In this document: positions 42,629 through 53,225 of the stretch, piece after piece
Layout of the letters: every line of letters begins with the position of its first letter
Numbering within the stretch: the stretch's first letter is position 1
Position numbers and translations under genes: made by a program
The notes under the pieces: generated by a model
The model's database searches: none
Told to the model about the DNA's origin: nothing
Seen by the model: only the letters and a program-made list of their open reading frames with translations
Assembly (NCBI GenBank): GCA_951406725.2
Contig: OX597820.1
Span: 104,284,001-104,348,000 of the forward strand
Length of the DNA stretch: 64,000 nucleotides
From: Octopus vulgaris
Lineage: Eukaryota
Reading direction: 5' to 3'

Positions 42629-43249
42629 GTAGCAGGACAAGGAGTAGCAGGATGGGTCGAAACGACCGTTGTACCAAATAAAGATTAATACCAAATCCAC
42701 CATCTGGTTGGTTACTTACTCAATTATCAATTATATATATATATGGGGAACAGGTTTTCTTTCATGCAAATTTCATTTAATGCACGACAATGTTTCAATT
42801 TCCTTCATGGTTTTCATATATTCTTACTCGCTTCTAACTGTTAGTTTGTAACAATAAATTTTCTAAATCCCTATCCGACGCGTCAAGATTTTCATTTTTA
42901 TTTTCAATAATTAAATATATTTGGCGTTAGTATTGTTTCTTATATAGTGGTTGGATTAGTAGCGTATGTGCATGTCTTTCAGTTAGTTCCAACTCCAGCT
43001 GCTGCCACCACAACCACGACAAGGACGACTACGATGACCACCACCACCACCACCACTGTACAACAGGTATTGGTTTGTTTACGTCACCGTAACTAAGGAG
43101 TTCGGCAAAGAAGACTTACTTATAAAATAAGTTCTGAAGTCTATTTGTTCGACTAAAGCCTTGAGTGAAACAAGTAAAATTATTTCACCTCAACTCTGAT
43201 CTGGATGCGCATAACAATAATTTACGATTTGTGTAACTCGTTTCATTTA

Positions 43250-43557
43250 TAGTACTACTTGAAAACAGTGGTCCCCGGTGCGCGCTCTCGCGTACTCGCG
43301 CATCCACACCAGCTAGTCATGACTAGTTGATACTTACTTTGTGTTTTTGTGTGTTATTTAAAAAATTATTTACTTTGTATTTTTGTGTTTTATTCACTTT
43401 GTTTAACAAAAGTTATTTACTTTTTGTAAAAAAATTATTTATTTTGTGTTTTATTTACTTTGCTAAGTAGTCATTGTAGGATCGACTAATTACGACTAGC
43501 TAGCACGGGTGCGGGAAAGCGCGTGTGCGCACCGGGACCACTGTTCGCTAGTAGTAC
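43250..43557. mobile_element. MITE with GC-rich imperfect TIRs, ~1.1 kb upstream of the ISYNA1 ATG
   Basis: GTACTACT...AACAGTGGTCCCCGGTGCGC versus GCGCACCGGGACCACTGTT...AGTAGTAC; flanking direct repeat CGTTTCATTTA at 43239-43249 and 43558-43568. Confidence 0.85.
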
Positions 43558-44347
43558 CGTTTCATTTAGTATATTCCGCCCATTAAATGTTTTCAATGAT
43601 CTTCATATTTATTAGTCATTTTGTGTTAATATAAAAACTACACTTCATTTTCATATGTACAATATTTGCTCTAACGTGTCTAAAATATAGAAGCAATGTA
43701 AAAAATAAATAATCCTCTAAGCAACGTGTCAAACAAAAGCATCACTTCCTGTCACGCATTAGCAACTGAAATCGACGAGTCTCCATGCTGTCATTTCCTC
43801 TGCTAGAAATAGCAACCAAATCGCTTATTCATATCGCAGGCAACTGTATTAAAAAATATTCTAGCAGTGACCATGCCGTCTTGATGTCGGTACAGAGGAT
43901 TGTACTATGTAATATATTCTTGTAATGTAATACATTATTTTCTTTTAAAAGAAAACATGGTAAGATTTCAAGGAGATTTGGCTGTTATTTCTAGCAAGCA
44001 GAAACGAACTTGCAGAGAGGATTTACTTTATTTCGGTCTCTCAGTCAAACCCTTTTTAATCAGGGTGGAAGTAAATTAAAATACCACGACAGGAAGTAAG
44101 AGAGAAAAAAAACAATAAACAATGGATAAATAAATAGATAAATAAGTAGATACATGATTAAATAAATAAATAAATAAAACAATTAAATAAATATAACGAC
44201 ACTAAATAAGTACTTCTGATAAAGTCGAGGAAAAATACTGGAAGGGAAGGATTGTCAGCATAATTAATAGACACGCCACTGAAAACATTTTCTCTTCCCT
44301 CTTTTACAAATTAAAAAATTTCTTCTATACTGATATCTGAAAAGAAC

Positions 44348-44500
44348 ATCTGGAAAATTCTTTCCCAAAATTCCATTCTACCTATGTGATAGAGTATTAT
44401 AAATAAAAGAAATAAGCAAATCAATAACAAAATAGCAAGCACTGATCAGTATATAAATTTGCTGCTGAAGCAAACCGGCAGCAGATTCAGCAACAGCGGA
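44348..44500 (+). promoter_or_regulatory. Putative ISYNA1 core promoter: TATA box plus upstream HSE/TonE-like site
   Basis: TATATAAA at 44450-44457, ~170 bp upstream of the ATG. ATCtgGAAaaTTC (44348-44360) overlaps TGGAAAATTCT (44351-44361). Confidence 0.55.
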
Positions 44501-44619
44501 ATCACAAGTAACTGCTTTGCGCAGAGTTTTTCATTCTACCTATCTCTCTCTCTCTATATTATATACCCATCGTGTTGTGGTGTTTGTCAGTCGGTAAAAA
44601 CGTCAAACATTATCGCACC

Positions 44620-44745
44620 ATGTCTGCCAAGCCTTTGAAAGTTAAATCCCCCAATGTCAAATATACAGATGAATATATTGAAGCAGAATATGATTATACG
44701 ACCACAAGAGTTACTGATGATGGGGATTTTCTCATCGCCGAACCA
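44620..44745 (+). CDS. ISYNA1: Inositol-3-phosphate synthase (MIPS), coding exon 1
   Basis: ATG in Kozak-like context (gcaccATG). Encodes MSAKPLKVKSPNVKYTDEYIEAEYDYTTTRV...EP, the typical MIPS N-terminus. 126 nt, phase-0 donor GTACGT at 44746. Confidence 0.92.
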
Positions 44746-44941
44746 GTACGTGTCAAAAAAACGAATTTAACAAATTTTCATTACCTGATGTTAATTAATA
44801 CTTTTTATTAGAGTGTATATATTAAATGTGTATAAATGATATGCATGTACATTTCATATAAATAAATACGTATATGTACATACAGACAGCACACATGTTC
44901 ATATTTGCTTATATGTATGTATGTATATATATATATATATG

Positions 44942-44983
<42 letters not shown>

Positions 44984-45301
44984 CGTGTATAGACGCACGC
45001 ATATAGCTGTTTCCAATTTATTATTTTCATACAACAATGAATATAAATCAAGATAGTGTCCAAATCAAAATTAAATTCCATATTGCTATCGTTACCTTAT
45101 CTGTAATATACATGCATCATTTTATGTTAGTGCGTGTAATATATTTGTGTATATATTGACGTGTACGCGCGCGTGTGGGTGTGTATGTGCATGTATGTGT
45201 ATGTTTATAATTCTCCCTTTAAATCCAGAATATATTTGCTATCACCTTGTATCCATTGTTGTTCATTTGTTTTCTTTTCCCGTTTTCTTCTTTCTCTTCA
45301 G

Positions 45302-45587
45302 TTAACAACTAAATACACTTTCCGAACCGAGCGGAAAGTTCCTCGTCTTGGTGTGATGCTGGTGGGCATCGGAGGCAACAATGGTTCCACTTTGGCGGCA
45401 ACGTTGATAGCAAATAAATGCGGGATGAAATGGCCAACTAAGAAAGGGATGCAAGAATCCAACTTTTATGGATCAATCACCCAATCTAGTACAGTATGTC
45501 TGGGGAACAGTCCTAGAGGAGAAGAAGTTTTTGTACCTTTAAATTATCTACTACCCATGGTAAAACCCGAGAATATCATTTTGGATG
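45302..45587 (+). CDS. ISYNA1: Inositol-3-phosphate synthase (MIPS), coding exon 2
   Basis: Polypyrimidine tract and CAG acceptor ending at 45301, in frame with exon 1. Encodes FRTERKVPRLGVMLVGIGGNNGST (Rossmann GxGGNNG motif), NFYGSITQSSTV and LLPMVKPENIILDG. Phase-1 donor GTGAGT at 45588. The next exon (GWDIS...) was not found in the window. Confidence 0.95.
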
Positions 45588-46274
45588 GTGAGTGCTTTAG
45601 CGCTGCTTTGATGTCAGTCTAACCTTCACACTTCGATTAGTCATTGGCTTTGCTTAGCTGGTTTGCATTTTGTCTAGAAAGGGAGATTTTAAATTGAGTT
45701 ATTTTTGGTTTGTTTAGATTCTTCACTTTCGGAACTAATATTCATTTTCTTCTGGTACTCTGATTCCAAGTTTCTGGAATTTTCTGTTATACATTGATCG
45801 ATCAGTCTCTATATTCGGAAAACATGCATACGATATATCTTTTCTCTTTCTAGATTATGTTTTAAATTGTTACATATTTAAGAATTTATTTATTCTCGTT
45901 CTATTATCAGATTCCAGACAATTTCCTAAGAATTAATGGCATACCTATCGATGTGTGCTGCTTCCAGATATCGGAATTAGTTGTGAAAATTTGTTTTGGA
46001 GTTTCGGATAATTCATGCATGACCACTTCGTTTCCTCGTAACTTTCTGGAAAAATTTTAAAATTCTTTCCTGAAATTTTCAGCTAATACATTTCGGATAA
46101 TATAGATTACAATTATCTCAGAATTTGATGCTGTAAAAGAAATTGTAGGATCGGATAATTCGCACAACCTTGATTTTGTTTTCTCATAAATTTTGATGAA
46201 TTATGCTCCTCCCCAGCAAAATTTTTTCACATCAATTTCCAATTTAATCATAATCCACATCTGAAACGTATCTA

Positions 46275-46610
46275 TGCTTTATCTTTTATTGTTTCAGTCG
46301 TTGGACTGCGGCCATGCTGGGGCACTGCCACGAAGAATTTTAGTCGAACGAATCGACTCCAGTATTTTCTTTTTAAGCCTGGTACATATTCTCTCGGTTC
46401 TCTTTTGCCGAATCGCTAAGTTACGGAAACGTAGGCACGACGACACTGGTTGTCAAGCGGTTTTCCACTATCAAATCCACTCACGAGGCTTTGGCTGACA
46501 ACCCGAGACAATAGCAGAAGACACTTGCACAAAGTGTCACGCAGTGGGACTGAACCCAGAACCACGTAGTTCGGAAGTAAACTACTTACCACATAGCCAC
46601 GCCTGCGCCT
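46275..46610 (-). mobile_element. Internally deleted SINE copy in ISYNA1 intron 2
   Basis: Head and tail of the same family; the central microsatellite region is missing. Confidence 0.85.
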
Positions 46611-48340
46611 ATTGTTGAAAATTTCATTAAAAAATATATGTTTTTCAAATTTATAAGGAAATAAAAATGTCGAGAGGTGGGAATTATGCGAAACGTCATC
46701 CCTCCCTCCAACTTTCTTTTTCACACCAAATTCCGACATAATCGTTATTTACACCATCTAAGACTTATTTGTAGAAAATTTTAGTTAAAAAAAATATGCG
46801 TTTTTGATAAAATTATGAAGTGACAAAGTCGTAGTGACATCTGTAGTTTTGTCGAATTGTTCTTCGTTAACCCTTTGAACTCTGGAATTTTTCATTTCTT
46901 CTAATCACGGTTTTAGGGATATATGAGGCATTTTCTAGAATGATTTATTATTGTTTTTATTATTTTGACAGGGTTTTAGGTTTCCATCTCACTATTATGA
47001 TATTTTGCATTTCTCTTTTGTTTTCTTGGCTTGGTTGTGAGATATGAAGTTCCAAAGACCCTGCACATGGCCTTTGCTGGTCCTATGCTGATACCTTTTA
47101 GAATTCAAAGCATTTCTTTATTTTGTGTAAGATTTTCGGTAAGCTTTTTTTTTTTTATATGTTGGAGTTTGCATAGAATTTTTACAGGTATTTTCTACAA
47201 GCCACCATGGGAGTTTATGCAGTTGCTGGATCTGCTAGAAATGTCAGCCAAGTCTCCCTCAAATCAAACCATAACATCCCCCCCATGCAAGAAAGGGCAT
47301 ATATAGTTCTAGATGAGTCCTGAAGATTTTTATCTTTTTAACTAATATTTAGAAATACAAGAATTCTCCAAAATTGTTATGCTACTTACTGTTTATTGGT
47401 GCATAACTTGCAAAACTTTCCTGGAGATCACCAAATATGACAGACTCTGGAATTTCCTAATATTACACGTGTCTATTCTAGCCACTTATAGCAATCACCA
47501 TAACTGTAAAACTAGAATTTTCCAATATATCTGTTGGCTCTGAAGCTGTCTGTCTTTCACTCTTTGTCTCCATATATGACAGACTCCGGAATTTTCCAGT
47601 CTTACTTGTATAATATAATCTTCCAACATTACTTTTTGTTAGTGTAACTGACATTCTTAGTTCTGACCTGCTACAGCACTCTTCCAATCTTACCTTTTGT
47701 TATCATAACTGATAGACAATAGAATTTTCCACCATATGTGACATCTAGTGTGTTGACCTGTTATAACAATCTTTTTGTTATTCTAAGTAACAAACTCTGG
47801 TGCTTTCTAGTAAAAATTTTATAATATTGTCTACTAGCTTTTGAGTAGTTTCTACTCTTTCTGGCCTTCCGAGGAAGTTTTTCAGTTTAACCTTTTGTCT
47901 TCATAACTGACAGATTCTGGAATTTTCAAATATTATTGATAACTGTTAATTCTGACCAGCCATAACAGTCTTTAACTTTTGTCATTATAACTGACATTCT
48001 GGAACTTTCCGATGTTCCTTTTATGATGTCTGTCAGTGGAGGAATGCTATAGCAGTTTTCCAACATTATATTTGTCACTATAACCGACACTCTGGAATTT
48101 TCTTCTATTTCTTAGGTCTTTTAGATTTTCTTGCAGACCAGTCTTTCAGCTTTACTTTTTGTCATCAAAAGTGACAAACTCTGGAATTTTCCAATACTAT
48201 TATGTTGGCTTCCCATAACAGTCTTTATTTTTGTTCAACATTTCTGATAAACTCTGGAATTTTACAATAATATAATACATCTGTTAGTTATAATACTTTT
48301 TATCTCTATAACTGGCAGACTCTAAAATTCTCCAATATTA

Positions 48341-48505
48341 AAGAGTAATGAATGACCATGGGAATTGCACCTAGAAAGTTACCCTCCAAGGTACAAGTCT
48401 GGGCAAGTTTGTTTATAGAAGACCAGCAGTCACCCATGTGTACCAGCCTTCCCTCACCGTGCCACTAATGTTATCTAAGGGAAAGGCAAGGCTGATACAG
48501 CTGTA
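48341..48505 (-). mobile_element. 5'-truncated SINE inserted in the satellite
   Basis: Reverse complement of about 34615-34765; TSD TCTCCAATATTA at 48329-48340 and 48506-48517. Confidence 0.88.
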
Positions 48506-48632
48506 TCTCCAATATTATATATCTGTTAGTTCTGGCCTATTATAGCAATCTTTATATTTTGGTGCTAAAACTAACAAACTCTGGAATGTTTCAGTATAAG
48601 ATGTCCATTAGCTCCGGAACAATCATTACACT

Positions 48633-48962
48633 GTTGTGTCTGTGGAGAGTCATTTTCTTTTTGTGTCTTATTATACAACACACTCACCGGTAAAATTTCC
48701 ACTTTTTTCTTATTTTTATTGTCCTAAAATTTTCATTGTGTCTTGCAACCTTTTCAATAGTTTTGACTCTAAACTATTGAAAAGGTTGCAAGACACAACA
48801 AAAATTTTAGGACAATAAAAATAAGAAAAAAAGTGGAAATTTTACCAGTGAGTGTGTTAAATAATAAGGCACAGAAAGAAAATGACTCTCCCCAGACACA
48901 ACAGAATATGCTTCAACACACGAACTCATATAAAGAATCTTGCAAACCAAATCCAAAAACAA
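48633..48962. mobile_element. Palindromic insertion with 12-bp TSD inside the satellite
   Basis: Arms at about 48632-48763 and 48771-48903; AATCATTACACT at 48621-48632 and 48963-48974. Confidence 0.85.
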
Positions 48963-51829
48963 AATCATTACACTTTGTCACTATAATTAAGATTCTGGAA
49001 TTTTTCAGCATTACTTATGTCATATAGTTCGGGTCTACAATAGCAGTCTTCCAAGCTTACATTTTGTCATACACTTGCACTTTGCTAAATGATACATTAG
49101 TTCTGTCCTTTGTCACCATGTCTGACAGACTTTGGAATTTTCCAGTATTACTTTGATGATGCCTATCTGTTACTTCTCTGTAGCCGAGCAGTCTTTCAAC
49201 ATACCTTTCTGTCACCATATGTGACAACACGCTGGAATTTTCCAATATATGATGTCTTCTATTTTAGTCTGCCATATAGCTGTCTTCAGATTTGTCAAGT
49301 TTGAAATTTTCTGTTATCACATTTCTCGTAGTTCTGACTTGTTACAGCAGCCTTTATTTTATGTCACCTGTCACGATAACTTAAAAACTTAGGAATTTTT
49401 CAGTTAATGCAAAATATCTACTAGTGCCAGAGCAGTCTTCATCCTCTGTTATCATAAGTAACAGACCCTAGAATTTTCTAGTACTACTTACGCAATGTCT
49501 GTTAGTTCTAGCCCACCTTAGCAGTCTTTAACTTTTGTCACAGTATCTGACAGATCTTGGAACTTTCCAGTTGTCCTTTTATAATAGTTATTTGTTCAGA
49601 CAGCGGTCTTCCAACATTACATTTGTCACTACAGTTGGAATATCTTCTAGTATTACTTATGTCTTTTAGTTCTCTATGCTGAAGCAGTATTCCAATATTA
49701 CAATTTTCTATGTTTATTTTTTTTGGCCTACCATAGCATTCTTTAACTTTGGTCAACTTAACCGACATACTCTAGCGTTTTCCAATAATATGTCTGTTAG
49801 CTTTGGAGCTGTCCTTTTGTCACTGTAACTGAAGCACTTTGGAATTTTCCTATAATATATTTCTATTAGTTCTGGTCTATTATAGCAGTCTTCCGGTATT
49901 ATCTTTTGTCATCATAAATGAAATGTTTTGGAAAGTTTTCATCTTTTGCTAAAGCAGTCTTTCACTTTTAGCACCAAAACTGACAAACTTGGGAATTTTC
50001 TAATATCATAAGTTGCTGATTAGCTCTGGAACTTGTCTTTATCCTTTGGAATATTCCAGTATTATTCACATGATGTCTGATAATTCTTGTTTGCTAGAGT
50101 AGTCTTTAATTTTGTTACCAACTGAGAAACTCTGGAATTTTCCAGTATTTCTTATATACGATAATTTAGATCTGCTGTAGCAGTCTTTCAGCCCACCTTT
50201 TGTCACAGAACTGGCAGACTCTGGAACTTTCCTGTATTATATTTCTGTTCTGACCTTTTATAGCAGTCATACCTTTTGTCATCATAACTAGCAGACTCTA
50301 GAATTTTCCAACATTATATAGCTGCTCGGGCTTGCTATAACAGTCACCTATTATTATCTTTGGTTTCTGGAAATGACACTGAAGTTTTCCAATATATTTT
50401 TATTAATTCTTCATCTTTTGTTAAAGCAGTTGCTGATTTTTGGCACCAAAAATGACTCTAAAATTTTCCAGTTTATAATATTCTTCTTACCTCTGGATCT
50501 ATTTTTGCTCTTTGTCATAACTGACAGATTCTAGAATGTTCCAGTGTTATATATTGTCTCTTAGTTCTGTCCTACAATCTTTTAAAATTACCTTTGTCAC
50601 AAACTTCCAATAATATATTTCTGTTAGTTCTAGCCTGTTAAAGTAGTCTGTTAATATTATCTTTTGTCACCATAAATGACACACTCTGGAACTTTCCAAT
50701 ATTTTGTTACTGCAGTCTAGCTTTTGGCAAAAACGCTGACAAATGTCTATTAGCTCACATAATGCCTGACAATTCTTGTGTTATAGTAGACTTTACCTTT
50801 TGTTATTAACTGAGAAACTTTGGAATTTTTCTGTATTTCTTATTTGATAAATTCTGGCCTGCTGCAGGAGTCTTCCATCCTACCTTTTGTCACAGAATTA
50901 ACAGATGCTTGAATTCTCCAATATGATATTTCTGTTAGTTCTAACCTGTTATTGCAGTCTTAGCTTTTTGTTACTACAAATGACAGACTCTGGAATTTTT
51001 CAGCATTTTATGTCCGTTTTGACCTGTTATAGCAGTTGTCCAGTATTGCCACTTGTCATTATAAATGACACATTAAGGAATTTTCCAGTATTATAATAGT
51101 TTTCTTAGCTCTGGATCTGTTTTTACTCTTTGTCATAGCTGACAGATTCTAGAATGTTCCAGTGTTATATATTTTGTCTCTTGGTTCTGCCAAATAATCT
51201 TCCAAAATTACCTTAATCACAATAACTGACATACTCTGGAATTTTCCAATAATATATTTCTCTTAGTTCTAGCCTGTCAATGCAGTCTTTTATTATCTTT
51301 TGTCACCATAAATGACACACTCCGGAACTTTCCAGTATTATATTTCTGTTTGTTCTGGATATGTTTATCTTTTGTTGTAGCAATCTTTAACTTTTGGCAC
51401 CAAAACTAACAAACTCAGGAATTTTCCAACATTATAAGACGCTTGTTAGCTTTGGATCTTGCTTTTTCCCTTCAACACTATAACTAACAGACTGTGAAAT
51501 ATTCCAGTGTTTATTAATGATGTCTGATAATTCTTGTATGATAATTCTTTTTTTACCAAAACTGAGAAACTCTGGATTTTTCCAGTATTTCATAAATGAT
51601 GTCTGGTGGTTCTAGTCTATGATAGTAGTTTTCTGGCTTTACCTTTCGTCACAGAATTAATAGATTCTTGAATTCTCCAATATTATATTTCTGTTAGTTC
51701 TAGCTTGTTATAACAGTCTATGCCTTATGTCACTGTAACTGAGTGACATCTATTACTTAGATGTTCCCTACTATAGCTGTCTATCAACGTTGCTTATTAG
51801 ACAATGGTTTGATTACCTTAACTTCAGCT

Positions 51830-52690
51830 GCTGGTTCTGGAATTTTCCAGTCAATCTATATGATATGCAGTGTATGAAATAAGGTTTTGCCTACCACAAT
51901 ACATTCTAAAATTTTGTATTAATTTATTGAGATATAAGCTTCGATTACTTCAGCAAATTCTTCTAGAATGTTCCAGTTTTTCTGCATGCCATTTAGAATA
52001 TGAAATTTTGCTTACCATAAATACATTATTTTGGAATGGAATTTTTCATCAATTCAATGCTACTTAAGAGATATAAAGGATTTGTCTAGTTTAGCTTTAG
52101 CAGATTCTGGAATTTTCCAATGAAATAGATATGTCTTTCTTCAATATATGCTAATTCAGTTTTCCATCAATTCTTTACTGCTTATGAAAGGTTTTGTTTG
52201 TTTTAACAAGTTCTTGTGGAATTTTCCGATTGTTCTAAAGGGCTCACAAAATATGAAATATATTTTTCCTTTTAACATATTCTGGAATTTTCCATCAATT
52301 CAATACAACTGATATAAAATTCAAGCATTTAATTATTTTAGCTTCTACAAATTGGAATTTTCCAACAGTTGAAAACAGTTTTTTACTGCAATACTTTTTT
52401 CTAGAATTTTCTACCAATTCAATGCAGCTTTTGAGATTATCAGAATTTTTCATTACTTTAGCTTCTGGGGTTTTCCAATTATTCTCTATGATATTTAGAA
52501 TATGAAATAGTTTTGCTTACCATACATAATGCATTGTTGTAGAATTCCTATCAATTCAGTGCAGCTTATGAGATATAAAAGACTTTTGCTTACTTTAACA
52601 GGTTTTCTAGAGTTTTCCAGTTGGTTTATGTGATTTGCAGGATGTGAAGTAGTTTTGCTTTGCATTCTTCTGGAATTCTTTTCATTTCAA
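51830..52690. repeat. Second degenerate repeat (type B) sharing the TTCTGGAATTTTCC core
   Basis: About 13 cores embedded in different flanks (e.g. ...ttccatcaattcaatgc, ...atatgaaatagttttgctt). Confidence 0.75.
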
Positions 52691-53005
52691 TTTCATCTCA
52701 AGAATTTATTTTATTCTAACAAAAAAAAAAAAGTCTCGTAGATTGTAGGTTTTTCATCATTCTTATGCAATTTTAGAGTTGTTTTATGGTTTATCTAATT
52801 CTTCCTGAATATACCTAAATGGTTCTCAAATTGGTCTCTTGTTTGTAAAGATATAGAATCTTAATTTATGCTATATAATGCTGAATGTATTTTTAGGCAC
52901 TTCGATCTTCAATAGCAGTACTTGTCTCTCGGTCCATCTATTGTAAATTTATTGAACTGTCTTACTTAGTTTTGATTGCCCCATTCCAAACTCAGTCTCC
53001 TATAA

Positions 53006-53225
53006 CTCTTTAGTGTTCAGATTATTCTGTCAACTGTGATGTTTGTTTATTTAAAATGGTTTGAATTAATCATGTATTATCTTGTAGTTTAGAGATTTCA
53101 GTGATGTGATTTTTTAGTTTTAGAACAACATGGTAGGGCTGAGGTGAGAGGCGAGATCTGGTCAGTTTCAATATAAAACAGGTTAAATATTTTGGTCAGA
53201 TATGGCTGGTTTGAATGCTAAAGGG
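53006..53225. mobile_element. piggyBac-like MITE
   Basis: Ends CTCTTTAGTGTTCA and TGAATGCTAAAGGG; flanks ATAA and TTAA. Confidence 0.65.

Larger units (their letters stand above)
47365..51780. repeat. Degenerate ~80-90 bp satellite in ISYNA1 intron 2 (type A)
   Basis: Recurrent unit approximating ctgttagttctggcctgttatagcagtcttccaacattaccttttgtcaccataactgacagactctggaattttccaatattat; about 45 copies by hand count. Confidence 0.9.
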
